Of a stretch of DNA of 64,000 nt, positions 33,903 to 44,474 are shown in pieces. The notes under the pieces are model-generated. The model was not told where the DNA came from. It saw only the letters and a list, made by a program, of their open reading frames with translations, and ran no database searches. The translations under genes were made by a program, and so were the position numbers. Location: positions 62,001 to 126,000 of IMG/VR virus record IMGVR_UViG_3300035698_010479. The stretch is one strand, 5' to 3'. Positions within the stretch are counted from its first letter, which is position 1; each line of letters begins with the position of its first letter.

Positions 33903-36074
33903 ATGGCAGATTTTTACGTAGACTTCAGTAGAGGTACTAATGGTACGGGCACTGCAGCAGCTCCATGGAACGTATTTACCGCAACACAAAATGCTGGTGT
34001 AAGTTCTGGTGATAGTGTATGGTTTAGACGGTACTTAATGACTTATGATACAAAATTAATGACATGGAAGGCTGGCACTGATAATAATAACAGGATAAAT
34101 TATATAGGTTGGCCTAAACCAGGAGACGTTTTTTATGACACACGAGAAGAAACATTAAAAGCAACTTGGGATGCTGACGCAGATAACTATGCTTATCAGA
34201 TAAAACGTGCATACACAGCAAACACACCAACTGCTTTATTACCAAGTAATATAAACGTATATAGATTTTATATATGGGAAGATTACACTGCACAAGCGTA
34301 TATAAGAGCAGCAATAAGTACTAAGAACAGTTCTAATATATTGTTAAGAAATTGTTATGCTTATTGTTCTTTCAGTCCAACTACTACAGTTGCTGATTGG
34401 TGGGGTGGTCCTTTGTATTGTGAAAATTCTGTCAACATAGAAATCATAAATAGCACTATTGATGGTGGGGGAATTGGTGCATACCGTTACCCTACAACGT
34501 TTAATTCTAAAAATACAACCTTAACATTCACTAATAGCAAACTTTATTATGGTTTGCCTTCTGGAGGCACCCCTGTTGTTGGAAATATAAACGATGTATT
34601 ATCATCTTATTGTATGACAAGTACGCTTATATTTAATGACTGTACATTTTATATTAGTTGCACATCCTCTAATGTAGCTTCCAACTATTCGGAAACGATT
34701 TTTTACGCAGAACAACATTTTGTAGACTGCAATACAACTATGTCTGGTTGTAATGTGGTTATAGGAAGTGCCCTCTATACTCCAACACTAGTTAACCTAA
34801 TGCCAGCAAATATGCCTATAGCTCTATTTAGAGTTTCTGGTGGTAGCCTCTCTTTATTAAATTCGGAAGCTACATTATCATTCAGTAAATTTACTTTTTT
34901 AGAACTAATGAGTGGTGTGAATGTAACAATAGACGGTTTTGATTGGGTTATAGATAACAATTCAGTATCAAACATATTCATATTAATACGTAATACTATA
35001 GGTTATTTACATTTAAGTAATATCACTGGAAGTATACCTGCTACAACTATGGGTGATTATTCCACAGATAATTTCTTTGTTGGTTTTATTGGTTGGCAAA
35101 ATGTGTCTGATGAAAAAGATATAACGCTAGATAATGTGGTTGATGGGCTTGGTGGTATATTAGATGTAGTTAGAACATTAGGGTTAGTACGTGAAAAACT
35201 TTACTTGTCTAATAATTCTAACGTTTTATTAAGGTATGGTACAATTTATGAATGTGGTTTAGAGTTATTTGATGCAAGAAACTGTAATACCGGGGGTATT
35301 AATTTCTTACAAGTTCCTTATTTAGCAGGTAACTTCATACAAGGAACTAACCATACAGCTGTTAGTGTCGTGATGAGAAACTGTTCACTTAGTACTACAC
35401 CAATACAGACAACATCTACAAACACACAAGCTATATATGCTAGGATTTATAACTGCACAGGTGCTGGTACCGATATAGTAAATACAAATGGTAATACTTA
35501 TAACTGCTTAGATTTAGTAGCTTCTAGAAATAATGGATTTTCTGGTATCGGTAGCATACAGGATTCTCCATGGTCAAAAGTAAGTGCTATACTTAATGAC
35601 TTTAATAACGGTACCGCCCAGTATATTGGGTATGAAATAACTTATGAAACATCAACAGCAAGCAGAGCAGGTGGTGCTGGATATTCGGTTAAAATAATCA
35701 AAAAAATAGATGATAACTTAGCAGTTATTTATCCAAATATAGGGGAAGATGCTACATGGGTTTATTTCCCAGTTGCCGGGACATATTCTGTGTCTGGTTA
35801 TGTGGCCTATACCGCTTCTAGTGGCGTGCTAACAACAGAGGAAGTAAAATTAGGTATAGATATAATGGGTGCATACTCATATGAAGACTTATCTTCCACT
35901 TTAAGCGTTGATAATAGTGAATGGTCAGGTTTATCTACACATACTAAAATAAAGCTCACTAGTACAATAGTGGTGCCTAAAGAACAATACGCACCTGTTA
36001 AGTTACAACTAAGTAAACGACTTACGGGTCTTATAGTATATTTTGACCCTAAACTAGATGTAGTAGAACAATAA
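33903..36074 (+). CDS. large virion/tail-associated protein (beta-helix-like)
   Basis: FYVD...GTGTAAAPW N-terminus; Asn/Thr/Ser-rich beta-strand pattern; YFDPKL C-terminus. Confidence 0.6.
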   Translation: MADFYVDFSRGTNGTGTAAAPWNVFTATQNAGVSSGDSVWFRRYLMTYDTKLMTWKAGTDNNNRINYIGWPKPGDVFYDTREETLKATWDADADNYAYQIKRAYTANTPTALLPSNINVYRFYIWEDYTAQAYIRAAISTKNSSNILLRNCYAYCSFSPTTTVADWWGGPLYCENSVNIEIINSTIDGGGIGAYRYPTTFNSKNTTLTFTNSKLYYGLPSGGTPVVGNINDVLSSYCMTSTLIFNDCTFYISCTSSNVASNYSETIFYAEQHFVDCNTTMSGCNVVIGSALYTPTLVNLMPANMPIALFRVSGGSLSLLNSEATLSFSKFTFLELMSGVNVTIDGFDWVIDNNSVSNIFILIRNTIGYLHLSNITGSIPATTMGDYSTDNFFVGFIGWQNVSDEKDITLDNVVDGLGGILDVVRTLGLVREKLYLSNNSNVLLRYGTIYECGLELFDARNCNTGGINFLQVPYLAGNFIQGTNHTAVSVVMRNCSLSTTPIQTTSTNTQAIYARIYNCTGAGTDIVNTNGNTYNCLDLVASRNNGFSGIGSIQDSPWSKVSAILNDFNNGTAQYIGYEITYETSTASRAGGAGYSVKIIKKIDDNLAVIYPNIGEDATWVYFPVAGTYSVSGYVAYTASSGVLTTEEVKLGIDIMGAYSYEDLSSTLSVDNSEWSGLSTHTKIKLTSTIVVPKEQYAPVKLQLSKRLTGLIVYFDPKLDVVEQ

Positions 36075-36075
36075 T

Positions 36076-37248
36076 ATGGGGTTGTACGCAGCAATACCAT
36101 TATTTTTTACACCTAATAATACAAATAGTGGTATTGTAAATAAACAAGGATTATTAGTACACGGTAATTCTACTACATCATCTGGAGGTCCAGCTGATGA
36201 GGCTAGGTTATCTCAAATATTTGGGGCGCGCATTGTTAAACAACCTGATATGTATAATGCATATTTAGGCCACGGTACAGGTTCTGATGTTAATACTATA
36301 GTCGCTGTCAACGTTATACCGGCCAAGACTTATCTAAGCTCTAATATTAGTATGTCTTCTATTAACTCTTTACTTAATTTTACTTATGGTAATTTATTAA
36401 GTTTAGACGTAAAATCAGCAATAATAGAGTTGTCAGCTTTTTTAAATGTTATATCTATAGCAGATATTATAGGGTACATTGTACCCACTCAACAAACTTC
36501 TGAAGATTTATGCGCTCTTGTTAGAAGTACCGTACAAAAGAATGAAGTATTAGAAGCTAACTTAGGTGTAGTTGTACCGTACTTGTTATCTCAACTATTT
36601 ACTAAAGGTGACTATGTATATGCAGCTGTACAAAAAGGGATTGAGGTATTTGATATCTATACTGGTAACTCATTATATGTAACAGAGGTACCATACACAA
36701 GAATAAAAACTATTTGGGGAAATGAGGATACTTTATTTTTGGGTGGTATTGGTGGAATATTCTCTATTGCCTATGCAGAACTTCATAGTAGTCGAGAAGA
36801 TGCTGTAGTGACACCTAGCTATACAACACACTCTAATGAAATTACTTATATACATGGTGATGGTGACGCATTACTTGTAGCCACATCCTCAGGTATAGAA
36901 TATTTTAATTGGCGTGGGAATCCTACAATAAAGAGTAAAACATATACAGAAAATGTAAGTAAATGTTTTTTAGTGAATGGTACTGCTTATTATATAACTA
37001 ATACTACCGTATCTGGGCAAGTGGTATCTACACTTAATAGAAAAAATAATTTAATAACTGATTGGTTTTCTCCAGATTTTACCTATGGTAATGGTGATAC
37101 TTTCACGTTAAACACCTCATTAACTGATATATACGTAACTAAACAAACTACAACAAATGGTAATAATACTATATTTTGTGCTACAACTAGTGGTATATAT
37201 GTAATTGATGAAGATTTTAATAAAAAAGCTATATATTATACGAGGTAA
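36076..37248 (+). CDS. putative virion structural protein with beta-propeller-like repeats
   Basis: Repeats such as YAAVQKGIEVFD, LVATSSGIEYF, FCATTSGIYVID. Confidence 0.6.
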   Translation: MGLYAAIPLFFTPNNTNSGIVNKQGLLVHGNSTTSSGGPADEARLSQIFGARIVKQPDMYNAYLGHGTGSDVNTIVAVNVIPAKTYLSSNISMSSINSLLNFTYGNLLSLDVKSAIIELSAFLNVISIADIIGYIVPTQQTSEDLCALVRSTVQKNEVLEANLGVVVPYLLSQLFTKGDYVYAAVQKGIEVFDIYTGNSLYVTEVPYTRIKTIWGNEDTLFLGGIGGIFSIAYAELHSSREDAVVTPSYTTHSNEITYIHGDGDALLVATSSGIEYFNWRGNPTIKSKTYTENVSKCFLVNGTAYYITNTTVSGQVVSTLNRKNNLITDWFSPDFTYGNGDTFTLNTSLTDIYVTKQTTTNGNNTIFCATTSGIYVIDEDFNKKAIYYTR

Positions 37249-37250
37249 AC

Positions 37251-39215
37251 ATGGTAAATTTAGAAAACTGGAATAAAAATAATATAATGAAATTTAGTAT
37301 TAATAACTCACTAATAGACGAAGAGTTACTAGATTTTCCAGTGCTTTTGAACATAAGTCAAGGGTCGGGTACTAATCTATATGACTGTTCTAATATAATG
37401 GATGAACTTTTAACAACTAGTTCTGTCAATAATTTTAATAAATATAGGCTTCTTATAAATTTTGAAGGTGATTTTAAAGATAAATCTTTAGAAGGTATAA
37501 ATGATATTACTTTGATAGGTAATAGTAGTATAAGCTCTACAATAAAAAAATTTGGTAGTTACTCTCTTATGTTTACTAATGGTAGTTATTTACTAATCCC
37601 AGCATCCTCAGTATTTTATTTTGGTACTGGAGATCTCACAGTACATAGTTGGATCTATGCAACAACAACAGGTTCACAGTCTTTCTTCTGTATAGGGTCT
37701 TATATTAATGGAATATTACTTTCGTATTTATCAGGAAAAATAAAGTGTGCAATAAATAATACTATGGCTGTAGATACTTTGTTTGATATGCCACTAAACA
37801 CATGGTTTCACATTGCGATAACTAGAAAAGAAGGTTTAGTACGCCTATATTACAACGGTACACAAATTGGTGAAACTGCAATACACGCACAAAATATAAA
37901 CCCATCAACATATTCTTTTATAGGGCGGGATGAAAACTACTATAATGCTTTTTTTGAAGGTTACATTGATGAATTCACTATAATAAGCGAAGCTTTATGG
38001 TATTCAAATTTTACTGTACCATCTAGTCCTGTAGCACCCAGTATTTTTTATAGTAAAAAAATATCAGTTGTGTATCCAAGTGTACAAGAGCACTGGGTAG
38101 CTGGTGAGTTTGAATCATACGATCACGGAGAAAAAGAACAATTATTTTGTGAGATAGAATCAATCAATCATGTTAATAAGTCCATGCAATTATGGGTAAA
38201 AGTACCTAAAATATTAGGTAACCAACCTACAGATCTATTACTGTATTACGATATAACACAGCCAGATAATAACGAGTATATAGGAACCGCTGGTGAAAAT
38301 TCTGCAAAACAAGTCTGGAGTAATCAATATGTAGCGGTATATAATATGGCTCAAATACCTGTAGTAAATACTATATCTATATTAGATTCAACTAGCTACG
38401 CAAACCACGGTACGCCAGTATCACTCCTTACTTCAGATTTAGTGCATGGTTTAATAGGCAAAGCTATAAATTTCGATGGATCAAATGATTACATAACAGT
38501 ACCTACAAGTAGTAGTATAACAATATCAGGTAGTATAACTTTGGAAGCGTTTGTTAAAAATAATAACCTAGGTGCCATTAAGGGTATATTAGAAAAAGGA
38601 GCTATTAGTACAGTAGGTGATTATGCTTTAGTAAAAGAATCAGATAATATAGTGGCATTTAGGCTTTCAAGTACAACTAATGGTTCTGGTGCTGTTTCTG
38701 GTGCGTATATATCAGTAGATGAATGGGCCTCTATCGCTGCAACTTACAGCATGACACAGCAGAAGATTTTCAAAAATGGTGTTATAGAAGCTACACAAAA
38801 CTACACAGCTCCTATAGCTACTACGACAAATATACTTTATATAGGTAGATATACATCATTTTATTGGAGCGGTCTTATACAAAAAATTGCCATATCTAAC
38901 ACCGCCAGAAGTAGTAGTTGGTTAAAAGCATCTAACCACACTCAAAGAGACACACTAATGTACGTATCAAAAGCTAGGTTATACAAAATATCGGGGTATG
39001 TGGATGCTCTTGGATCGCCTGCGAGTAGGCAGCTATTTTTATATGATAGATCTTCAGGAGCATTGGTTGATAAGATTACTTCTGATGAAACTGGTTATTT
39101 TAGTTTATATATGGAAACAGACAGTAGATATAATATAGTATGCTTAGACGACGATTTAGGGTATGACCTTAGTGATAAAATCATAAGTAAAATAGTACCA
39201 GTGGAGGTTGTTTAA
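37251..39215 (+). CDS. tail-fiber-like protein with LamG/concanavalin and DUF2341-like domains
   Basis: DFPVLLNI, WFHIAITRK...LYYNG, YIDEF, LWVKVP, FDGSNDYI; C-terminal ISGYV...LYDRSSG module. Confidence 0.75.
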   Translation: MVNLENWNKNNIMKFSINNSLIDEELLDFPVLLNISQGSGTNLYDCSNIMDELLTTSSVNNFNKYRLLINFEGDFKDKSLEGINDITLIGNSSISSTIKKFGSYSLMFTNGSYLLIPASSVFYFGTGDLTVHSWIYATTTGSQSFFCIGSYINGILLSYLSGKIKCAINNTMAVDTLFDMPLNTWFHIAITRKEGLVRLYYNGTQIGETAIHAQNINPSTYSFIGRDENYYNAFFEGYIDEFTIISEALWYSNFTVPSSPVAPSIFYSKKISVVYPSVQEHWVAGEFESYDHGEKEQLFCEIESINHVNKSMQLWVKVPKILGNQPTDLLLYYDITQPDNNEYIGTAGENSAKQVWSNQYVAVYNMAQIPVVNTISILDSTSYANHGTPVSLLTSDLVHGLIGKAINFDGSNDYITVPTSSSITISGSITLEAFVKNNNLGAIKGILEKGAISTVGDYALVKESDNIVAFRLSSTTNGSGAVSGAYISVDEWASIAATYSMTQQKIFKNGVIEATQNYTAPIATTTNILYIGRYTSFYWSGLIQKIAISNTARSSSWLKASNHTQRDTLMYVSKARLYKISGYVDALGSPASRQLFLYDRSSGALVDKITSDETGYFSLYMETDSRYNIVCLDDDLGYDLSDKIISKIVPVEVV

Positions 39216-39558
39216 TATGGAATGGCCTCCAGGTACTATAGGTAGTAACCTTGTAATATCATTCTCGGAAGAAGATTTAAGAGATACAAATAAAGAATAT
39301 AGCTTCTATTTTTTGCAGAGCCCTGAAAGTATATATATACTAAATGGCTTTTCTAATGTATTTTCATCTATATATGCAGACCAAGATGCTTCCATTACTA
39401 ACGGTAATTTTTATATAGGTACACCTGGAAGCTTGACCACCATTAAAGTTAACAATGGCCAAGCTTCCGTTAAAGATTACTATACAAAAACAAGAGTAGG
39501 TTCTACAGGTGTTGCGCTAGATGATGAGACATTAGTGGATATTGTAGTTAGTTTTTAA
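39208..39558 (+). CDS. hypothetical protein (structural module)
   Basis: 116 aa, coupled to the upstream tail gene. Confidence 0.6.
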   Translation: MFNMEWPPGTIGSNLVISFSEEDLRDTNKEYSFYFLQSPESIYILNGFSNVFSSIYADQDASITNGNFYIGTPGSLTTIKVNNGQASVKDYYTKTRVGSTGVALDDETLVDIVVSF

Positions 39559-39782
39559 CCAAACAACCAATTAAAAAAATTACCTGACTCTTTTGGCATA
39601 TCCTCTGGATTTCTACTAGCTCTACCCATTGCGTCATTAAGTTGGTCAATTGTAAACAGTGCCGGTACTTCTTTACCATCTACCATAACAACATATGCTG
39701 GGTAGTACGCTAAACAACTACCAAACTTTCTTTCCTTATTATCAAGTTCTTCAACCATTTTAATCTTTGAATCTAATTTCAT
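39555..39782 (-). CDS. hypothetical protein
   Basis: 75-aa ORF with SD GAGG. Confidence 0.65.
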   Translation of the reverse strand: MKLDSKIKMVEELDNKERKFGSCLAYYPAYVVMVDGKEVPALFTIDQLNDAMGRASRNPEDMPKESGNFFNWLFG

Positions 39783-39839
39783 GTCAATTACCTCTCTATC
39801 TAAATATTTTTATTTATTAATAACAATAACACAAACATA

Positions 39840-40439
39840 TTATACTTTTAAAAAATCATTTACCCTAAACTGTTTATCAACTGTTGGTATGCCAATATGA
39901 CTATGCGTATGATGATTATAAGTAGTACCTTCATCATGAATTAAAAAAAGGGACTTACCTATTTTCAAACCAAAAGTTCGTACTGCTTCACCAATTATTC
40001 TATTAACATATATATTAGCAGTTGGGGCTATTTGTTTAGTTCGGTAAAAAAAATAAAAGCATCTTGCAACATCTAATACACCTGTACGTAAAATTAAACC
40101 CTTTTTATCATCAGCCCATATGTCCTGCACGTCAACTTCCTGAGTATATCTTTGTGTAGCATTTGGCCCTCTAAGTAGGTAATAACTTACATCACAACTA
40201 ATCAGCTGATTGTGTGACGATCCTGGGTGACCTGCTGTGGGCATACCAACTACACTTGTACAACCATCGTATACGTGCAATTGTCTATCATAACTATTAG
40301 GAAAATCATGGTATATGGACTGTGCAACTAATCTTAAAGCTTCATGTTGTATAGGATACATATTATTTAGTTTGGGGTTGCCTCTAAAAACATAGTAAGG
40401 ATTGTTTTTAATAATCATGATATTATCTGCATCATCCAA
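39840..40439 (-). CDS. putative LAS/MepA-like zinc peptidase
   Basis: GH..SSHNQLISCD (H-x6-D) and terminal HHTHSH (HxH). Confidence 0.5.
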   Translation of the reverse strand: MDDADNIMIIKNNPYYVFRGNPKLNNMYPIQHEALRLVAQSIYHDFPNSYDRQLHVYDGCTSVVGMPTAGHPGSSHNQLISCDVSYYLLRGPNATQRYTQEVDVQDIWADDKKGLILRTGVLDVARCFYFFYRTKQIAPTANIYVNRIIGEAVRTFGLKIGKSLFLIHDEGTTYNHHTHSHIGIPTVDKQFRVNDFLKV

Positions 40440-40720
40440 GGTGCTTGTTCAATTTTATAAACATTTGTTATTTTAAGATTATCTGGCCCTAAAATCCTGA
40501 CAATATGTCTACCACTAGCCGCTTTAGGGTATAAGTCTGTAGGAAGAATATACGAGGCATATGTACTTATAGATTGTTGAATCTCTTTAGTAAGTTTACC
40601 ATCAGGATGACTATAAAACCTTATAGTTATGATATTATCTGTAGGATTGTCATTATGGAAATCTAAAGATGACCAATACGGAGGTAAACAATATAAGTAT
40701 GGTATTAAATACTCTTTCAT
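40415..40720 (-). CDS. hypothetical protein
   Basis: 101-aa ORF with SD AGGAG. Confidence 0.6.
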   Translation of the reverse strand: MKEYLIPYLYCLPPYWSSLDFHNDNPTDNIITIRFYSHPDGKLTKEIQQSISTYASYILPTDLYPKAASGRHIVRILGPDNLKITNVYKIEQAPWMMQIIS

Positions 40721-40778
40721 TAATAATAACTCCTTTAGTATAGTTTAGTAATAATAAATTTATTTAAAATATTAACAA

Positions 40779-41671
40779 CTAGTTATATTTTGTTAAAATT
40801 TTAGCTATTGCTTTTAAGTCCTTCTCTAAATCCGGTACGATATACACAGCCTTTCCAAGAGAACCATAATGTATTTCTAAACAATTTAGAAGAAGTTGTT
40901 TAATTTTAACCTCATCTGGTTTGGTTTGTAGAGTACTCTTAACATAAAGGTCTTCAAGTTGTTTTTCTTTTCTAAAAAAGAAATCTTCAATTTGGTCCAT
41001 AGTTAAATCGCCAGCCCTAACACTCTTCAACTGTTCTTTATTTTTTGAAGATCTAAATCATGTTCTACCAAGATCTGTTCTGCTTGCAAAATTAGTCTAA
41101 ATAAATGCATTGCGAATTTACTGTCGTAGGATAACTTTACATAAGAAGCGTATCTCTTACTTTCTGGTAGAGGTACCTTTGTACGTAACTTCTTTAACTG
41201 GCTGTACGAGTAAGCTATACATGTTTTATAAGCCTCTTTAGATAAAAATAGTTTACGCTGTTCCCTAATAATATCTGATATAGGTGTAGAATAAACTATA
41301 CACGTATCTGGACAAAAGAGTATGTCTAATAAATTAGGATTATTAGCAAAACATAAACTAAAGAACTTAACTATACCGTATGCAGTTAAGTCATATTCCT
41401 TATGCGAGTCTTTGTCTAAAATATGGTGCCTCTGCCAAGTAGTAAATTGTTTAGTTTGTGTGCCAAAACCCAATATCTCTGTTTTTAGGTGGGGAAATAC
41501 ATCTTCTTTATGGGGTATACAAATTGCTGCAACGTCTATATCAGAAGTACCTTCTTTCGCCACACCGTAACTTTCAGAACCAATAATAACTTCATATACC
41601 AAACCGTAATGTACCTCGCTGGGTAAAACCACTAAATTTTTTTTACTTAACATATTAAATCTGCTGGACAT
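40779..41671 (-). pseudogene. Pol-beta-type nucleotidyltransferase (T4 NrdC.11-like), interrupted by a -1 frameshift
   Basis: GSESYG...SDID, NNPNLLD, YDSKFAMHLFRL in 41027-41671; the continuation KSVRAG...KPDEVKIKQLL lies in another frame (40779-41030); one extra A in the A6 run (41041-41046) restores QKNKEQLKSVR. Confidence 0.75.
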
Positions 41672-41706
41672 AAAAAACCTAGATTAATATAATTAACCTT
41701 ACAAAT

Positions 41707-41744
41707 AAGTAATCCTACTGATAAATTACCATGTAGGATTACTT
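41707..41744. terminator. terminator hairpin
   Basis: 12-bp inverted repeat AAGTAATCCTAC / GTAGGATTACTT. Confidence 0.7.
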
Positions 41745-41765
41745 AAACTTGGGCAAACATAAGTA

Positions 41766-42143
41766 TTATTTTTTGTTCTTACTAAAATTAAAACCAGTTT
41801 TATTTGATTTTACTTCTTTAGTTTCTTTGGTTTCTACTTCATCGACGTTAGGTACTATAGCAACCTTTACTTCATCAACACTAACAATAGCTTCTTCTAC
41901 TTTAGGTACTTCCGCAACTACTACCTGTGCTTCAGCAACTGCAGCTTTTACTACAATAGTTTCAGCTTCCATGATTGTAGTTTCAATAAACGGTTTCATA
42001 GCGGACATTACTCTTTTGCCATAGCTTCTAGCTTTTGCTACAGCTGAGATATCACCATCATCACACCATTTTTGGCCGTATGTTTCAAATTCCTTAACAT
42101 AATCCATAATTTCTTTAAACATCGCTTTAGATACTCTTTCCAT
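41766..42143 (-). CDS. hypothetical protein (Val/Glu/Ala-rich tail)
   Basis: 125-aa ORF with SD AGGAG. Confidence 0.7.
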   Translation of the reverse strand: MERVSKAMFKEIMDYVKEFETYGQKWCDDGDISAVAKARSYGKRVMSAMKPFIETTIMEAETIVVKAAVAEAQVVVAEVPKVEEAIVSVDEVKVAIVPNVDEVETKETKEVKSNKTGFNFSKNKK

Positions 42144-42168
42144 AATAGCTCCTTATATTTTGTTTTAT

Positions 42169-42510
42169 TTAATCTGTAACATTTGCCCTAAAATTAGCCA
42201 AACAGTCTGGTTTAATATTTTGACTAACTGCTTTAACATAATTATTTTTAGCTTCTTCTTTTAAGGTTTTTTTATGTTCTTTTCTTGTCCTTATACTATA
42301 GGGTACATAATTAGCTTCCATTTTAGTAGGTGTTTTAAACTTTTCTGGTGCATATTCAAATTTAGCACATAGCCTAGATTTATTCTGCGATACACCATTA
42401 CCTTTAAGTAAACAAATAACACCGTTAGTATTTTTACAAAGCTTACATCTTACTTTCATTTTAAAATCTCCTTTATTTCCAAGAAATATTAATGCTGCGT
42501 ATTTCCTCAA
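42169..42510 (-). CDS. hypothetical protein
   Basis: ORF; probable start MKVRCKLC after AGGAG. Confidence 0.6.
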   Translation of the reverse strand: MRKYAALIFLGNKGDFKMKVRCKLCKNTNGVICLLKGNGVSQNKSRLCAKFEYAPEKFKTPTKMEANYVPYSIRTRKEHKKTLKEEAKNNYVKAVSQNIKPDCLANFRANVTD

Positions 42511-42859
42511 TACAACCCCAGTAGTCTATATCCTGCTTACCCCTATCAATATTCTTGGATACACATGAAATATTGAATCCCTTTTTACGTAGGGAGTTAA
42601 TAAAAGGGTCAAGTTCACCACTAGAAAATATGTTTTTATTCGCCCATGGGAAATTATATTCGACCTGGTTATGCCCTTTGGAGGCTTCTTTTTTAATATC
42701 TGCACTAATATTTTTATTTATTGTTTTAATTATGCTCTCAGCATCATGCTTTATCATAGTATCTTCTTTATCTTGTCTCTTTTTACGTGCAGCCCATTGT
42801 TTATTTTGTAAAACATTTTCAGCAGCCTTCGTAAGCTTTTTAGCACTACTAGCATCCAT
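42473..42859 (-). CDS. hypothetical protein
   Basis: 128-aa ORF with SD AGGAG. Confidence 0.65.
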   Translation of the reverse strand: MDASSAKKLTKAAENVLQNKQWAARKKRQDKEDTMIKHDAESIIKTINKNISADIKKEASKGHNQVEYNFPWANKNIFSSGELDPFINSLRKKGFNISCVSKNIDRGKQDIDYWGCIEEIRSINISWK

Positions 42860-42862
42860 AAT

Positions 42863-43096
42863 TTAATCTCCTATATAAGAAAATTCACAACAAGGAAATT
42901 TTCTTCCTTGTTCATCTAAAGGTTCTTTCCAATTATCTAAATCTAGATTATCAGGATTACCGTCGGTTGGCTCCATATTACAACTACATCCTCTTGGTAC
43001 ACATATATCGCAATAGAAATCATTTATCTGCTCACCAGAGTAACTTGGTAAATATAACCATACAGCTACTTTACCACAATCACATTTACCTGTCAT
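42863..43096 (-). CDS. Cys-rich small protein
   Basis: CDCG, CDIC, GCSC, PCC. Confidence 0.7.
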   Translation of the reverse strand: MTGKCDCGKVAVWLYLPSYSGEQINDFYCDICVPRGCSCNMEPTDGNPDNLDLDNWKEPLDEQGRKFPCCEFSYIGD

Positions 43097-44046
43097 TATT
43101 TATTTAATACCCTAGATAAAATAAATTGACCACAAGCTGACATAATTTCCTCTCCTGGTGAAAATTGTACTTTTATGTTTTTGTGCTTATCATATAAAAG
43201 TTCCACCAACTTAGCAAAATTCTTAGCTTCTTCAAAACTTGTACCTTCGCATTTATTAAATCTAAGTAAACGTAACTCAATATTATTAAATACTGTTAGT
43301 AAACTTAATAAGTAATTTATATCATTTATGGAGTCGTTAACACCATCAAAAAACATATGATGTAGTATAACATCAATACCATCTTGTTCTAAATACTTAA
43401 GGTAGTCTATGGCAGTAAATGTATCAACAGAACTAGGAATCAATGTGTTCCTTATAGAATCTTCTGCACTGTGCAGGGAGTAAAATACCCTAAATGGTTG
43501 TCTTTTACTCCCCTTTGTATACTTTCTAGCTGGGTTTAAATGTGTTGTCCATACACACTCAGAAAGTAACTTAATATAATCTATATCAGTATTTGGAATT
43601 TTAGGTAATGTCGTAGCAATGTCTACCCCATCTATACCAGCAGACATATCAAAACTCTGTATACACTGTATAATATCTTCCGTAACTTCATACACAAGTT
43701 CAAGGTCTAAAAAGCCATCTCCCATACCCATCCAAGATAATTTAGTGTACATGCTTCGTAATTCAGGCCTAATCTTTAACTCAGCATCAAGTGCATCTAG
43801 CACGTTTCTAGTAATAGCCATAGCAGACAGTTTATGGTAATGGCATTTTTTAACTGTTAGATAACAGAACTTGCAACCTATAGGACAACCTACGGATGTA
43901 CTTATAAAAATATTATATTTATTACCTACACTTCCGTAACCTCCACAGCCAACTTCTCCTGGTGGTATGGTCTTTATAGCCGTTTCAGAACCATCATCGT
44001 GTACATATTTTGATACGTGTCCATTTTTAGCTCTATACACCTCCAT
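43096..44046 (-). CDS. RlmN/Cfr-like radical SAM protein (full length)
   Basis: ISTSVGCPIGCKFC, WMGMGD, YSLHS, GVND, FNK, GEEIMSACGQF. Confidence 0.88.
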   Translation of the reverse strand: MEVYRAKNGHVSKYVHDDGSETAIKTIPPGEVGCGGYGSVGNKYNIFISTSVGCPIGCKFCYLTVKKCHYHKLSAMAITRNVLDALDAELKIRPELRSMYTKLSWMGMGDGFLDLELVYEVTEDIIQCIQSFDMSAGIDGVDIATTLPKIPNTDIDYIKLLSECVWTTHLNPARKYTKGSKRQPFRVFYSLHSAEDSIRNTLIPSSVDTFTAIDYLKYLEQDGIDVILHHMFFDGVNDSINDINYLLSLLTVFNNIELRLLRFNKCEGTSFEEAKNFAKLVELLYDKHKNIKVQFSPGEEIMSACGQFILSRVLNK

Positions 44047-44057
44047 ATTCTGATCTC

Positions 44058-44474
44058 CTATAAATTACTTATAATATCACTAACAACTTTACCATCTACT
44101 TTTGCCCCAAAATGTGTTTTAATAATTTTTACTGCTTGCATCTTATTAGCTAATTTAGAAAAATCTATAGTAGTAATAAAACTTAATAATTCTTCCCTTG
44201 ACACTTGTTTAGGTAAATAAGATATTATAAGAGGTTTTAAGGTACTTGTAGAGGTTGGCACTAACTCTAACAACTTATCCTCACCTGCAATAATCAATTT
44301 TAATACGCGTATAGCTTGGTCATCAGTTAAAATAGTACCAACGTAAAACTTACCATCTTTGGTACCTTTTAATCTAGAAAACTCTCCTAAAATATATTTA
44401 AGATCATTAGTTATATCACTATGTGCTTTCATAGCTAATAATAAATCCCTTTTTAAAATATCATGTAAAAGCAT
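44058..44474 (-). CDS. GatB/YqeY domain protein
   Basis: DLLLAMKA, SYLPKQVS, GAKVDGKVV. Confidence 0.8.
   Translation of the reverse strand: MLLHDILKRDLLLAMKAHSDITNDLKYILGEFSRLKGTKDGKFYVGTILTDDQAIRVLKLIIAGEDKLLELVPTSTSTLKPLIISYLPKQVSREELLSFITTIDFSKLANKMQAVKIIKTHFGAKVDGKVVSDIISNL

Noticed and set aside
33903-39558. Diversity-generating retroelement target in the tail genes
   Set aside because: No reverse transcriptase and no TR/VR repeat pair were seen in the window.
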